DNA of 32,000 nt, taken from Thermoproteus tenax Kra 1 (lineage in GTDB: Archaea; Thermoproteota; Thermoprotei; Thermoproteales; Thermoproteaceae). Location: NCBI RefSeq assembly GCF_000253055.1, contig NC_016070.1:1380001-1412000 (forward strand). The letters are read 5' to 3'. A program made the position numbers and the translations under genes. The notes below the pieces were generated by a model. It saw nothing but the letters and a program-made list of their open reading frames with translations, had not been told where the DNA came from and ran no database searches. How positions within the stretch are numbered: position 1 is the first letter of the stretch; each line of letters starts with the position of its first letter. Positions 1-7,419 of this stretch are shown here, one piece after another.

Positions 1-128
1 GCACATCCAGCCTTACGTTTACTGCTATCTTGCAGGGGGAGCCAAAGCTAACAGTGTACTCAGCAGGACCTGAAACATTGAACGAGGGGTTTTCCAATTC
101 TCCCTCGGTTATCTCAGGAAGCTCCATG
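1..128 (-). CDS. partial hypothetical protein running off the window edge (MELPEITEGELENPSFNVSGPAEYTVSFGSPCKIAVNVRLDV...)
   Basis: Open minus-strand frame from ATG at 128 to window edge; possible TTTATT box about 26 nt upstream. No family recognised. Confidence 0.35.
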
Positions 129-530
129 TCAGCATTAATACCTAAGGAATAAAGAGTTTCTCGGCCCAGAGGGGCTCTGCAAAACCGCGGCCCCCACCCT
201 GAGAGGCCATAGGCGCCCACCTCGCGCCGTCAGTCCAATCTGGAGCTCCGGGCCGCCGGAGCTGTGGCTCAGGTCAAGGGGCCGGATGTGCCCCCTGGTC
301 GCCGGGCAGTTCAAAAACGGAGGGTAGTTGAAAACTGGAACGTTTTTCGGCGGGTTTATTGCAGGTTTCTTCCTGCATCGTCATGCCGAAAATCAGAAGG
401 TCAGGAATTTTCGTGAGGCCTCGGCGGAGGCGCTGGGAATTCCTGAAGTGAATTCGCCGAAGATAGGCGCTCCGTGCAGGAGGAAGTGACATGTTTTGGG
501 CGGATCGATATCCTCTTACTGATTTTTTCC

Positions 531-791
531 ATGGAAGTATACAGAGCGCTCAAGGTCGAGCTGCCCCACCTTCTCGCCGAGGAGCGGCCGGACGTCCTAG
601 ACCTCGCCGTAAGGATGCGCCCTGCGGCCGAGGAGTACGCCGAAAGGCTGTTGAAGGAGCTGGCGGGGAAGGGGGAGCCCAGACTCACGGCGGAGGAGTT
701 GAACAGACTCCTCACTCCCGACAAACGCGAATTAGCGCACCGGATAATCGAGGAGGTGCCCCCAGGTACGACCTCAAGAAGTACTTCATAA
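531..791 (+). CDS. hypothetical protein, 5' part of an apparently frameshifted gene
   Basis: ATG at 531 gives MEVYRALKVELPHLLAEERPDVLDLAVRMRP...; coding-like, but the plausible continuation (YDLKKYFIKQAKTFWSDVAFH...) is in another frame after a C5 run. Confidence 0.4.
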   Translation: MEVYRALKVELPHLLAEERPDVLDLAVRMRPAAEEYAERLLKELAGKGEPRLTAEELNRLLTPDKRELAHRIIEEVPPGTTSRSTS

Positions 792-1057
792 AACAAGCTA
801 AAACGTTCTGGAGCGATGTGGCGTTCCACCGGATGATCCCGTTGAGGACGAGCCGAAGGTTTCAACAGCGAGCGTTTGGTGCGGCCAAATTCGCCGAGCA
901 TGTCCTTGATGTGCTTGACGCGATGTATGTGGAAAACGCGTTAAATCCCTTTAGCTCTGGCTGTCTAGATCAAACATCTATTTTTCTTGGCGTTTTTACT
1001 CGACGTTTAAGAGTTGGGATTCTGTGCGAGATGAGGCTCTATCTTAGCAAAGATCAG

Positions 1058-1178
1058 CGGGCCCGGTGGGATTCGAACCCACGACCTACGGCTTTCCACG
1101 GGCGCCACGCGCCCTTAGGAGGCTCGGCGGACTTGGGCTGGGTCCACCGCCGCTCTATCCATGCTGAGCTACGGGCCC
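1058..1178 (-). tRNA. tRNA-Arg(CCT) with two introns (1123..1146 noncanonical 30/31; 1094..1115 canonical 37/38)
   Basis: Reverse complement folds as GGGCCCG..GCTC..GAGC..GCGG[intron]C CTCCTA[intron]A GCCGT..GTGGGTTCGAATCCCAC CGGGCCC G; mature length 75 nt. TATA-like TTTAAA just upstream (~1200-1206). Confidence 0.92.
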
Positions 1179-1218
1179 CTCCTCTTCTTGTTAATTGGGC
1201 TTTAAATGTTCAACACCC

Positions 1219-2349
1219 TTAGCTCACAGGCCTCCACACTAGGCCCAACTTGTCCGCATATCTGTACGCCTCCTCCATCTCCAACTCGCTTACGAGTCTG
1301 TTTATATCAGCATAGCGCCGGTATCTAGGCACCAGATAGTCTGGGTGATACTGGTCCATTATGTTCACCAATGCCCTCGGGCAGTTCTCCGCTATCCACT
1401 TCAGCACAGGCTTAGTACAACACTCCACATGGCCGGGCAGGACGAGGTGCCTTATTATTATGTCCTCTCCGCGCCTACAGAGCATTAGGAGATTCCTCGC
1501 GACCACCTCAACATAGCGCGGAGCTATGGAATATCTGAGCGCACATGAGTCGTTACCGTATTTGAAGTCGGGCAACCATATATCGATCACGTGGAGCATC
1601 AAGGAGAGCCCCTCGTGGGTCAAGTACATATTGCTGTTCCACAGCTGAGGGACGTTTATTCTCTTTTCCGCCAAGATCCTCATGGACTCGATTATAAAAG
1701 GTATATTTGGAGTGGGCTCTCCCCCGACCCAGTTTATATTGCGGGCTCCCTCTGACCTCAATTTGATCTGGATAAGGGCTAGCTGTCGTGAGCTGACCTC
1801 TACGCCGTTGTCAGGCCGTTGCGAGATGTCCCAGTTCTGGCAATAGACACATCTGAAGTTACAGCCTGTAAAGAACACAGTCCCCGAGGGCACGAGCGGC
1901 GCCTCCTCGCCAAGGTGATGAAACCAACTTGCCACCCTCGGCGTATCGTTGAGGAGACAAGCCCCCCTTGTCTTCGATCTATCTATGCCGCACCGCCTCT
2001 CGCACAAAAGACACCTCCTCAACATACGTCTCGAGAGCTCCACCTTGACGTCTAAGAACGAGGCCTTGGGAATTGCAGCCGATATCACCGAGGTGTCTGG
2101 GCGTTGCCTCTGGCGCGACCACTCATCGTCAAACGCCTTACCTAACTCCTCGTGTACTCTCCAGAGTCTTTCGTCCTCCATATAGATATAATCGCTCGGC
2201 GCCTCTAATCTAGCTGCTATGTGGTACTTGGCCGGCGCCCTGTTCTCCATCACTAAGTAGTACCAGCTAAGCCTCCGTCTCACCTCTTCGTCTCTCCACA
2301 CGAGTACGGCGTCGGGTCTGTAAAGTCTCCAGTCCACAATGTGATACAT
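1219..2349 (-). CDS. radical SAM protein, pyruvate-formate-lyase-activating-enzyme-like
   Basis: CNFRCVYCQNWDIS (CxxxCxxC) cluster motif, GGEPTP motif, N-terminal CLLCERRCGIDR...GACL cysteine region. Confidence 0.85.
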   Translation of the reverse strand: MYHIVDWRLYRPDAVLVWRDEEVRRRLSWYYLVMENRAPAKYHIAARLEAPSDYIYMEDERLWRVHEELGKAFDDEWSRQRQRPDTSVISAAIPKASFLDVKVELSRRMLRRCLLCERRCGIDRSKTRGACLLNDTPRVASWFHHLGEEAPLVPSGTVFFTGCNFRCVYCQNWDISQRPDNGVEVSSRQLALIQIKLRSEGARNINWVGGEPTPNIPFIIESMRILAEKRINVPQLWNSNMYLTHEGLSLMLHVIDIWLPDFKYGNDSCALRYSIAPRYVEVVARNLLMLCRRGEDIIIRHLVLPGHVECCTKPVLKWIAENCPRALVNIMDQYHPDYLVPRYRRYADINRLVSELEMEEAYRYADKLGLVWRPVS

Positions 2350-2540
2350 TAATTGTTATTATCTCGATTTCGATGCACGCGACAGTGGGGGAGAGCCCCT
2401 CAGGATGTCGCGGGCAGTCGGCCGGCGTTATTTGGCCGGTAGTCTGGGCGTCTCAGACGCAAATGAGGCGTAGGCAGGTTGACCTCTGAGGGGCTCTGCT
2501 GAGCACAGGATTTTAAAATTCGCTGATCCTCTGTGTCCAT

Positions 2541-2630
2541 ATGGAGGTCCAGGCGTACCTGAGAGGTGGCAGTCTCCCGTTATTGGCTGAGGAAAGTAGA
2601 GGACTCGCCCTGTGCTCTATAGATATATGA
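2541..2630 (+). CDS. putative 29-aa leaderless mini-ORF overlapping the Bud32 start (MEVQAYLRGGSLPLLAEESRGLALCSIDI)
   Basis: ATG lies about 25 nt downstream of TTTTAAAA (2511-2518); stop TGA overlaps the ATG of bud32 (ATGA). Confidence 0.4.
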   Translation: MEVQAYLRGGSLPLLAEESRGLALCSIDI

Positions 2631-3247
2631 AACTGATAGCGCGCGGCGCCGAGGCCGAGCTGTACGAGATAGACTGGTTCGGCATGAGGGCCGTTATGAA
2701 GATAAGGAGACCTAAGGCGTACCGAGACCCTGAGCTCGACCGTATCATTAGAACAAAAAGAACTTTAAACGAGGTCAGACTAATGTCGAGGGCGCACAGC
2801 GCCGGGATTAAAGTGCCCGCTGTGTACTTCTTCAATCCTGCCGAGGGGGTCATAATAATGCAGTATATAGAGGGGCCCACGGCCAAGCAGCTTCTGGAGA
2901 CCGGGAAAGAGGACGTCTTATATGAGGTCGGCGCCTTGGTTGCAAAGCTCCATAAGATCGGCATAGTCCACGGCGATCTTGCTCTGACTAATTTCATATA
3001 CCAGAGCGGTGCAACGCCGTATATAATCGATATGGGTCTCGGATATTTCGTGGAGCCGAAGAGGGCTGTCCTTGAGTATGCGCGCGATGTAAATGTGCTC
3101 ATGCGTATATTAGATACATACGGCCATAAGAGCGATGAATACAAAGAACTATTTTGGAGCGGCTATGCTTCTGTCAACGAGCTCGCAGAGGTTGTGAAAA
3201 AGGGAGTAGACGTCATCAGGGCCTCCGCCCGTTACGTTGAGCGTTGA
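2627..3247 (+). CDS. bud32: Kae1-associated serine/threonine protein kinase Bud32 (KEOPS)
   Basis: MKLIARGAEAELY start, AVMKIRRPKAYRDPELD, IHGDLALTNFIY and YIIDMGLG catalytic motifs. Confidence 0.93.
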   Translation: MKLIARGAEAELYEIDWFGMRAVMKIRRPKAYRDPELDRIIRTKRTLNEVRLMSRAHSAGIKVPAVYFFNPAEGVIIMQYIEGPTAKQLLETGKEDVLYEVGALVAKLHKIGIVHGDLALTNFIYQSGATPYIIDMGLGYFVEPKRAVLEYARDVNVLMRILDTYGHKSDEYKELFWSGYASVNELAEVVKKGVDVIRASARYVER

Positions 3248-3794
3248 GGTGCGCATAAAGGCCCCATTCGTCGTAGAGCTTGAACAAACGCAATAGCTCC
3301 TCCTCCCTGGCCTCGCCGTTCACGGCTCTATATGACGAGATCAAAAGGTCTCCCTCAGACAAGCCCATGTTAGATAGAATAACGCCCAAGTTGGGCACTA
3401 GCTCGTCCAAGACCTCATATATGGGGAGATGGCCCTTGAGCCTTATTAGATCGCAGAGAGCGCCCAGCTCGTGATACTCTCTGTACAGCATACTGCAAGA
3501 CGGCACGCCTCCGAGCCTTAACCCTAAGGCTGAGTTTATAGCAATATCAGGCTTGTCATTAGCAATTCTCCATGCCAGAGAGGATAAGACCTCAGGCGGA
3601 AACATAGACCCAAGCCTCAGCCTGAGGGCACCAAATGGAGGTATAGAGAGCGTTCCCACTAGGCTCATATATGTCATTTCGGCGATCAGCCTTCTTGCGA
3701 GCGATCTTGCCACATCAATGTAATAATATGTCCTCTGATACACGTAGAGAGACTTCGCCGTATTTATATATTCGATAGACTTTATACGGGACAA
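3216..3794 (-). CDS. conserved hypothetical protein
   Basis: 192-aa ORF with sensible composition, convergent with bud32. Confidence 0.65.
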   Translation of the reverse strand: MSRIKSIEYINTAKSLYVYQRTYYYIDVARSLARRLIAEMTYMSLVGTLSIPPFGALRLRLGSMFPPEVLSSLAWRIANDKPDIAINSALGLRLGGVPSCSMLYREYHELGALCDLIRLKGHLPIYEVLDELVPNLGVILSNMGLSEGDLLISSYRAVNGEAREEELLRLFKLYDEWGLYAHLNAQRNGRRP

Positions 3795-3838
3795 ACATTA
3801 AGTTTACGTAAACACTGAGGCCTATTTGGCGATGCAGG

Positions 3839-3958
3839 CGGGCCCGGTGGGATTCGAACCCACGACCTACGGGTTTCCACGGGCGCCACGCGCCCTTAAA
3901 AGCCTCGGCGGACTTGGGCTGGGTCCACCGCCGCTCTACCGGGCTGAGCTACGGGCCC
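3839..3958 (-). tRNA. tRNA-Lys(TTT) with two introns (3904..3927 noncanonical 30/31; 3875..3896 canonical 37/38)
   Basis: Cloverleaf reconstructs after intron removal: GGGCCCG..GCTC..GAGC..GCGG+G CTTTTAA CCCGT..GTGGGTTCGAATCCCAC CGGGCCC G; upstream TTTAAAAA box at about 3978-3985. Confidence 0.92.
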
Positions 3959-4016
3959 GTTATCTGGTATAACGCTCTTTAAAAATTCTTCCTCCGTAGA
4001 CCATTAATGGTGTCCA

Positions 4017-4343
4017 TTACGCCACGCTCTTGAGAACCTCGGCAAATATATACAGCAACACAGCGCCTATTAGTAAGCTCCTTCCAGTATATCTGCTCAG
4101 CCTGGTGAAATAAAGAAACGCTCCTATCATCGCCATAATTACTGCCACTACCTTTGATATTTTAACTATATAATTTAACAATATACTCTGTAAATTTAAA
4201 AGAAAGTTATATCCAATATTTAAGTAGTTATTAATTATATTATTTATATTATCAAGAATATTTGAGGGCGAGGTGGCATTTAAACTTGTTGCATACGCCA
4301 GGAAGACGGCTAGGAGTACTGCAAGAGCTATAACAGTCCTCAC
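4017..4343 (-). CDS. small membrane protein, candidate VirB2/CedA1/TedC-like pilin
   Basis: Signal-like N-terminus, amphipathic helix, TM (ISKVVAVIMAMIGAFLYFT), basic loop (RLSRYTGR), TM (SLLIGAVLLYIFAEVL). Confidence 0.7.
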   Translation of the reverse strand: MRTVIALAVLLAVFLAYATSLNATSPSNILDNINNIINNYLNIGYNFLLNLQSILLNYIVKISKVVAVIMAMIGAFLYFTRLSRYTGRSLLIGAVLLYIFAEVLKSVA

Positions 4344-4418
4344 ATACTACCTCGGCCCAATAAGTGCACCTTAGCTATTGTGGTGTGGATGGAGGCAAGC
4401 CGGCAGTTCCGCTTAAGA

Positions 4419-5327
4419 CTAGCTGACTTCCAGATATCTTCCGCCCAACTTTATTTTGACCCTAATGCTCCTCGACGTCGGGCTGTTCGGGTGCACGCCC
4501 TCCTCTGTATATAAGATACTGCCGTCGTCTACCACATATTCGTTCTCGCCGGCGTTGATCATTGCCTCGCGGAAGACCCTAGCGCCTATCTGGAACAAGT
4601 CCTTGGACTTGCTTCGACATATATGGACAGATACGCTTGATATCAGCTCCATGAGCCTCTTGGCGGACTCAAAGCTGCCGACAACAGAGTTCTCTCTGAT
4701 TTTAAACCCAAGGCGCTCGAGGCTCTGAAAGTTGCTGTCGGATACGTCCAGCTCGTTTATGTTCACGAAATCTATCAACTTCTCGGCGGCGAGTCTGTTC
4801 ACCGCCTCTGCTATAGTTTTCTCAAGCCCAGGCACGGCCGGCACCTCAACGCCCAGCGATATACCTGCTTGTTTAAGCGCGAATATCGCTGGCCTCTTCA
4901 CGGAGACCTCACTCCAGCCAAGCAGATGGAGCCTTACTTCGTCTATGCCCGAGCTGATCAATACGTCGACCGTTTCCCTATTCAGGCTCGAGGGCTTGGT
5001 GTAGAGGTGAATATGGAAGTCTTCGCCTAGCTCACGCTTGAGGGCTCTCACCGTGAGGAACACTCTATCGGGCACGGCGAGTGGGTCCCCGCCAGTTATT
5101 GCGGCCCCAGATGCGCCCGACTCAGCGACTATTTCAACTATTTCATCCACCGACTTCACAGGCACGTCGTTCACGTAGATCGCGTCCCTCCCGAACTTCT
5201 CCCTGTTTACAGGACAGTAGAAGCATCTGTATCTGCATAGCCCAGTGATGAATATCACAGCCTTTGCCCCCAACAGGCAGTACTGACAACCTCTGGCGAT
5301 TTCTCCGCGCTTTATATTATAATACAC
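4419..5327 (-). CDS. radical SAM superfamily protein
   Basis: GLCRYRCFYCPVN (CxxxCxxC), AAITGGDPL motif. Actual start may be internal. Confidence 0.85.
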   Translation of the reverse strand: MYYNIKRGEIARGCQYCLLGAKAVIFITGLCRYRCFYCPVNREKFGRDAIYVNDVPVKSVDEIVEIVAESGASGAAITGGDPLAVPDRVFLTVRALKRELGEDFHIHLYTKPSSLNRETVDVLISSGIDEVRLHLLGWSEVSVKRPAIFALKQAGISLGVEVPAVPGLEKTIAEAVNRLAAEKLIDFVNINELDVSDSNFQSLERLGFKIRENSVVGSFESAKRLMELISSVSVHICRSKSKDLFQIGARVFREAMINAGENEYVVDDGSILYTEEGVHPNSPTSRSIRVKIKLGGRYLEVS

Positions 5328-5368
5328 TGGGGAAGCGATATGCTATATTAAAAAACCATTATGAAGAC

Positions 5369-5959
5369 ATGGGAGAGGAGCTAAGAGAGGAGGAGCGCGG
5401 CGAGGTGAGGTCCGAGCTGATCACAAAGGGCGAGAAGAAGTTAGTGCTCATTAGGTGGAACACCGGTAAAACCTCTGCGGGCAGGCTCTTTGGCCGCTAC
5501 GGTCCCGGCGGCAGACCCGAGTTCTTCAAGCTGCTCTTCGGCGCTGTCGCCGGCTCGCTGAGGGAGCAGTTCGGGCCGGATGGAGAGAATATATTCAACA
5601 GGATCAGAGATTCGGAGAAGTTCAGAGAGACCTCCAGAGAGCTGTTCGACGGTCTGAAGAAGTGGTTCTTCGAGGAGGCGGTCCCACGGTACAACCTGGA
5701 GAGGGGCGACATCTTCATGATCTCGACCGAGCTCGTGTTGGATCCCGATACCGGCGAGCTGCTCTGGAATAGGGATAAGACGCAGCTGATATATTGGATC
5801 AGGAGCGACCGCTGCGGAGGGAGCGACGCCAAACTGAGGGAGGAGCGGGACAGACTGGCCAAGGAAGTAGAGCTTCTGAAGGCCGAGAACGAGAGACTAC
5901 GTAGGGAGCTGGAGGACGTCAAGCGGAAGCTCCAGCAGATAACAAGTTTATTGAAATAA
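5369..5959 (+). CDS. hypothetical protein with C-terminal coiled coil
   Basis: ATG at 5369 (MGEELREEERGEV...); C-terminal heptad-like LREERDRLAKEVELLKAENERLRRELEDVKRKLQQI. Confidence 0.7.
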   Translation: MGEELREEERGEVRSELITKGEKKLVLIRWNTGKTSAGRLFGRYGPGGRPEFFKLLFGAVAGSLREQFGPDGENIFNRIRDSEKFRETSRELFDGLKKWFFEEAVPRYNLERGDIFMISTELVLDPDTGELLWNRDKTQLIYWIRSDRCGGSDAKLREERDRLAKEVELLKAENERLRRELEDVKRKLQQITSLLK

Positions 5960-6010
5960 ACGTATACGTTTTTAAGAAATTCTCTTTTTATTGTAAATTA
6001 CAGGAAATAT

Positions 6011-6148
6011 ATGGAGCGCGTTGTGGTCCCATTAAAGCCCAATGAGCTCAAGCTCTTGAAAGAGATCTGTAAAAAACAAGATTTAGATCTAAATGATTGT
6101 ATAAATTTAGCTATTGCAAATCTATTATATATTTATAAAGGATTATAA
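6011..6148 (+). CDS. small 45-aa ribbon-helix-helix-like protein (not in the supplied ORF track)
   Basis: MERVVVPLKPNELKLLKEICKKQDLDLNDCINLAIANLLYIYKGL: short beta strand followed by two helices, CopG/RHH-like layout. Confidence 0.5.
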   Translation: MERVVVPLKPNELKLLKEICKKQDLDLNDCINLAIANLLYIYKGL

Positions 6149-6919
6149 GTATTCCCTATATCTATTTTGTATATCGATAAACCTAGGGATCAATACTCTA
6201 AGTGATCTCAAAAGCTCTCTAGATATTTTTGCATATCTGTGCGCAAGCCTAAGCTTGATAGGATAGCCATACTTAAAAAACGAAGATATTACTTCTAACG
6301 GTATATATCTAGGAAATTCTATATAGAATACAGAGTCTCCTTTTATGTATGTTGCAAAAAACTCTCCCAAATCCACTGGCTTAAGCATAGTGCCGCGGGG
6401 CTTATCTTGTAGGAGTATCTCTGCTCCATAAAGCTCGGATGTAAGACTGGAGATCTCCTTAAACCATTCGGCCTCTTTGCCGCCTAAGCTGCGCCAATAT
6501 CTAGCTGCAACAGGATCCTTCGAGACCCCTATCACGTAGCCTATGGGCGATCTTATATAGGGGGTTAAGGGTCCATCGACTAGTACGTAGCCCTTCTCCT
6601 CGGCCGCAGACTTAAGCTCCAATTCTCTCACATATCTATTAATATTATTATTTGTTCTCTCTATTTTTTTAATTATAACATTATTATTAATTTTATTATC
6701 TATCTTCGTAATAGTTATCAAAAGCAAATTTGTATGCCTATACTTGAGTTCAATGTATCCGGAATCTATGGCTATATAGTCCGGCGGGTCTATGGACGGC
6801 GGCTTAAGTGTGAGTTGTTCCAGCTCTTTTGCTGCATCTAAGAGCCGCGCCAACCTACCGGTGGAGTCTGGCGCCTCTAGCTCAGCAAGCCTGAGAATCT
6901 CCGAAAGTAAGCCCTTCAT
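6143..6919 (-). CDS. nurA-like: NurA-family 5'-3' nuclease domain protein
   Basis: IAIDSGYIEL (catalytic Asp motif), YVLVDGPLTPYI, IGYVIGVSKDP and FYIEFP motifs typical of NurA. Confidence 0.82.
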   Translation of the reverse strand: MKGLLSEILRLAELEAPDSTGRLARLLDAAKELEQLTLKPPSIDPPDYIAIDSGYIELKYRHTNLLLITITKIDNKINNNVIIKKIERTNNNINRYVRELELKSAAEEKGYVLVDGPLTPYIRSPIGYVIGVSKDPVAARYWRSLGGKEAEWFKEISSLTSELYGAEILLQDKPRGTMLKPVDLGEFFATYIKGDSVFYIEFPRYIPLEVISSFFKYGYPIKLRLAHRYAKISRELLRSLRVLIPRFIDIQNRYREYL

Positions 6920-7419
6920 CAATAGATCTCTCCGTAGAGCACTTCCAACGCCTTAGCCAGCCTGTCCCTATCAATATGTCCGATCAAATCCGCTAGATAG
7001 CTGGGGAGCTCAGCCTCGCCGTCCACATACTTCTGTAACGCCAACAACGACTTCGATCTCTTGTACCTCCTCCTCTCCTCCACGACGACCTTCTTCAGCT
7101 TCTCAACTATCTCCCTCAGTTCATCTCGGCCCTTCGCGTCCTCCAACTCCTGCGCCACATATCCCAGGGCCTCGTAGAGCGAGAGCGGAACTGCCCTTAT
7201 ATATAAAACGCCGTTTAAGAGGGCTGCAACAGGTCTCCCGGTGTACTTCCCCCAAGCGACTATAGAGCCGCCTCTGGTCTCCCCCACGGCTATCAAAGAC
7301 TTCAGTTCCCTACCTCTGAATAGTATAACGTCGTAGAACTCATATGGCGGCCTGGCGTCTATTACTATATCGGCGTCCCATCTTAGATCGCCCTCCCTTA
7401 CGATGAAGATCTTACGAGA
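6919..7419 (-). CDS. conserved hypothetical protein in ATPase-NurA operon
   Basis: ATG at 7419 (MSRKIFIVREGDLRW...); start overlaps ATPase stop, stop TGA overlaps nurA-like ATG (TGATG). Confidence 0.78.
   Translation of the reverse strand, partial: SRKIFIVREGDLRWDADIVIDARPPYEFYDVILFRGRELKSLIAVGETRGGSIVAWGKYTGRPVAALLNGVLYIRAVPLSLYEALGYVAQELEDAKGRDELREIVEKLKKVVVEERRRYKRSKSLLALQKYVDGEAELPSYLADLIGHIDRDRLAKALEVLYGEIY

Noticed and set aside
491-1222. 243-aa plus-strand ORF spanning the tRNA-Arg gene
   Set aside because: It runs in full through the antisense of a well-supported intron-containing tRNA and its N-terminal part is an out-of-frame reading of the 531 ORF; only the ~770-960 segment looks coding and was discussed as a frameshift.
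5264-5368. N-terminal 35-aa extension of the coiled-coil protein
   Set aside because: Overlaps the start region of the divergent radical SAM gene; ATG 5369 is more plausible.
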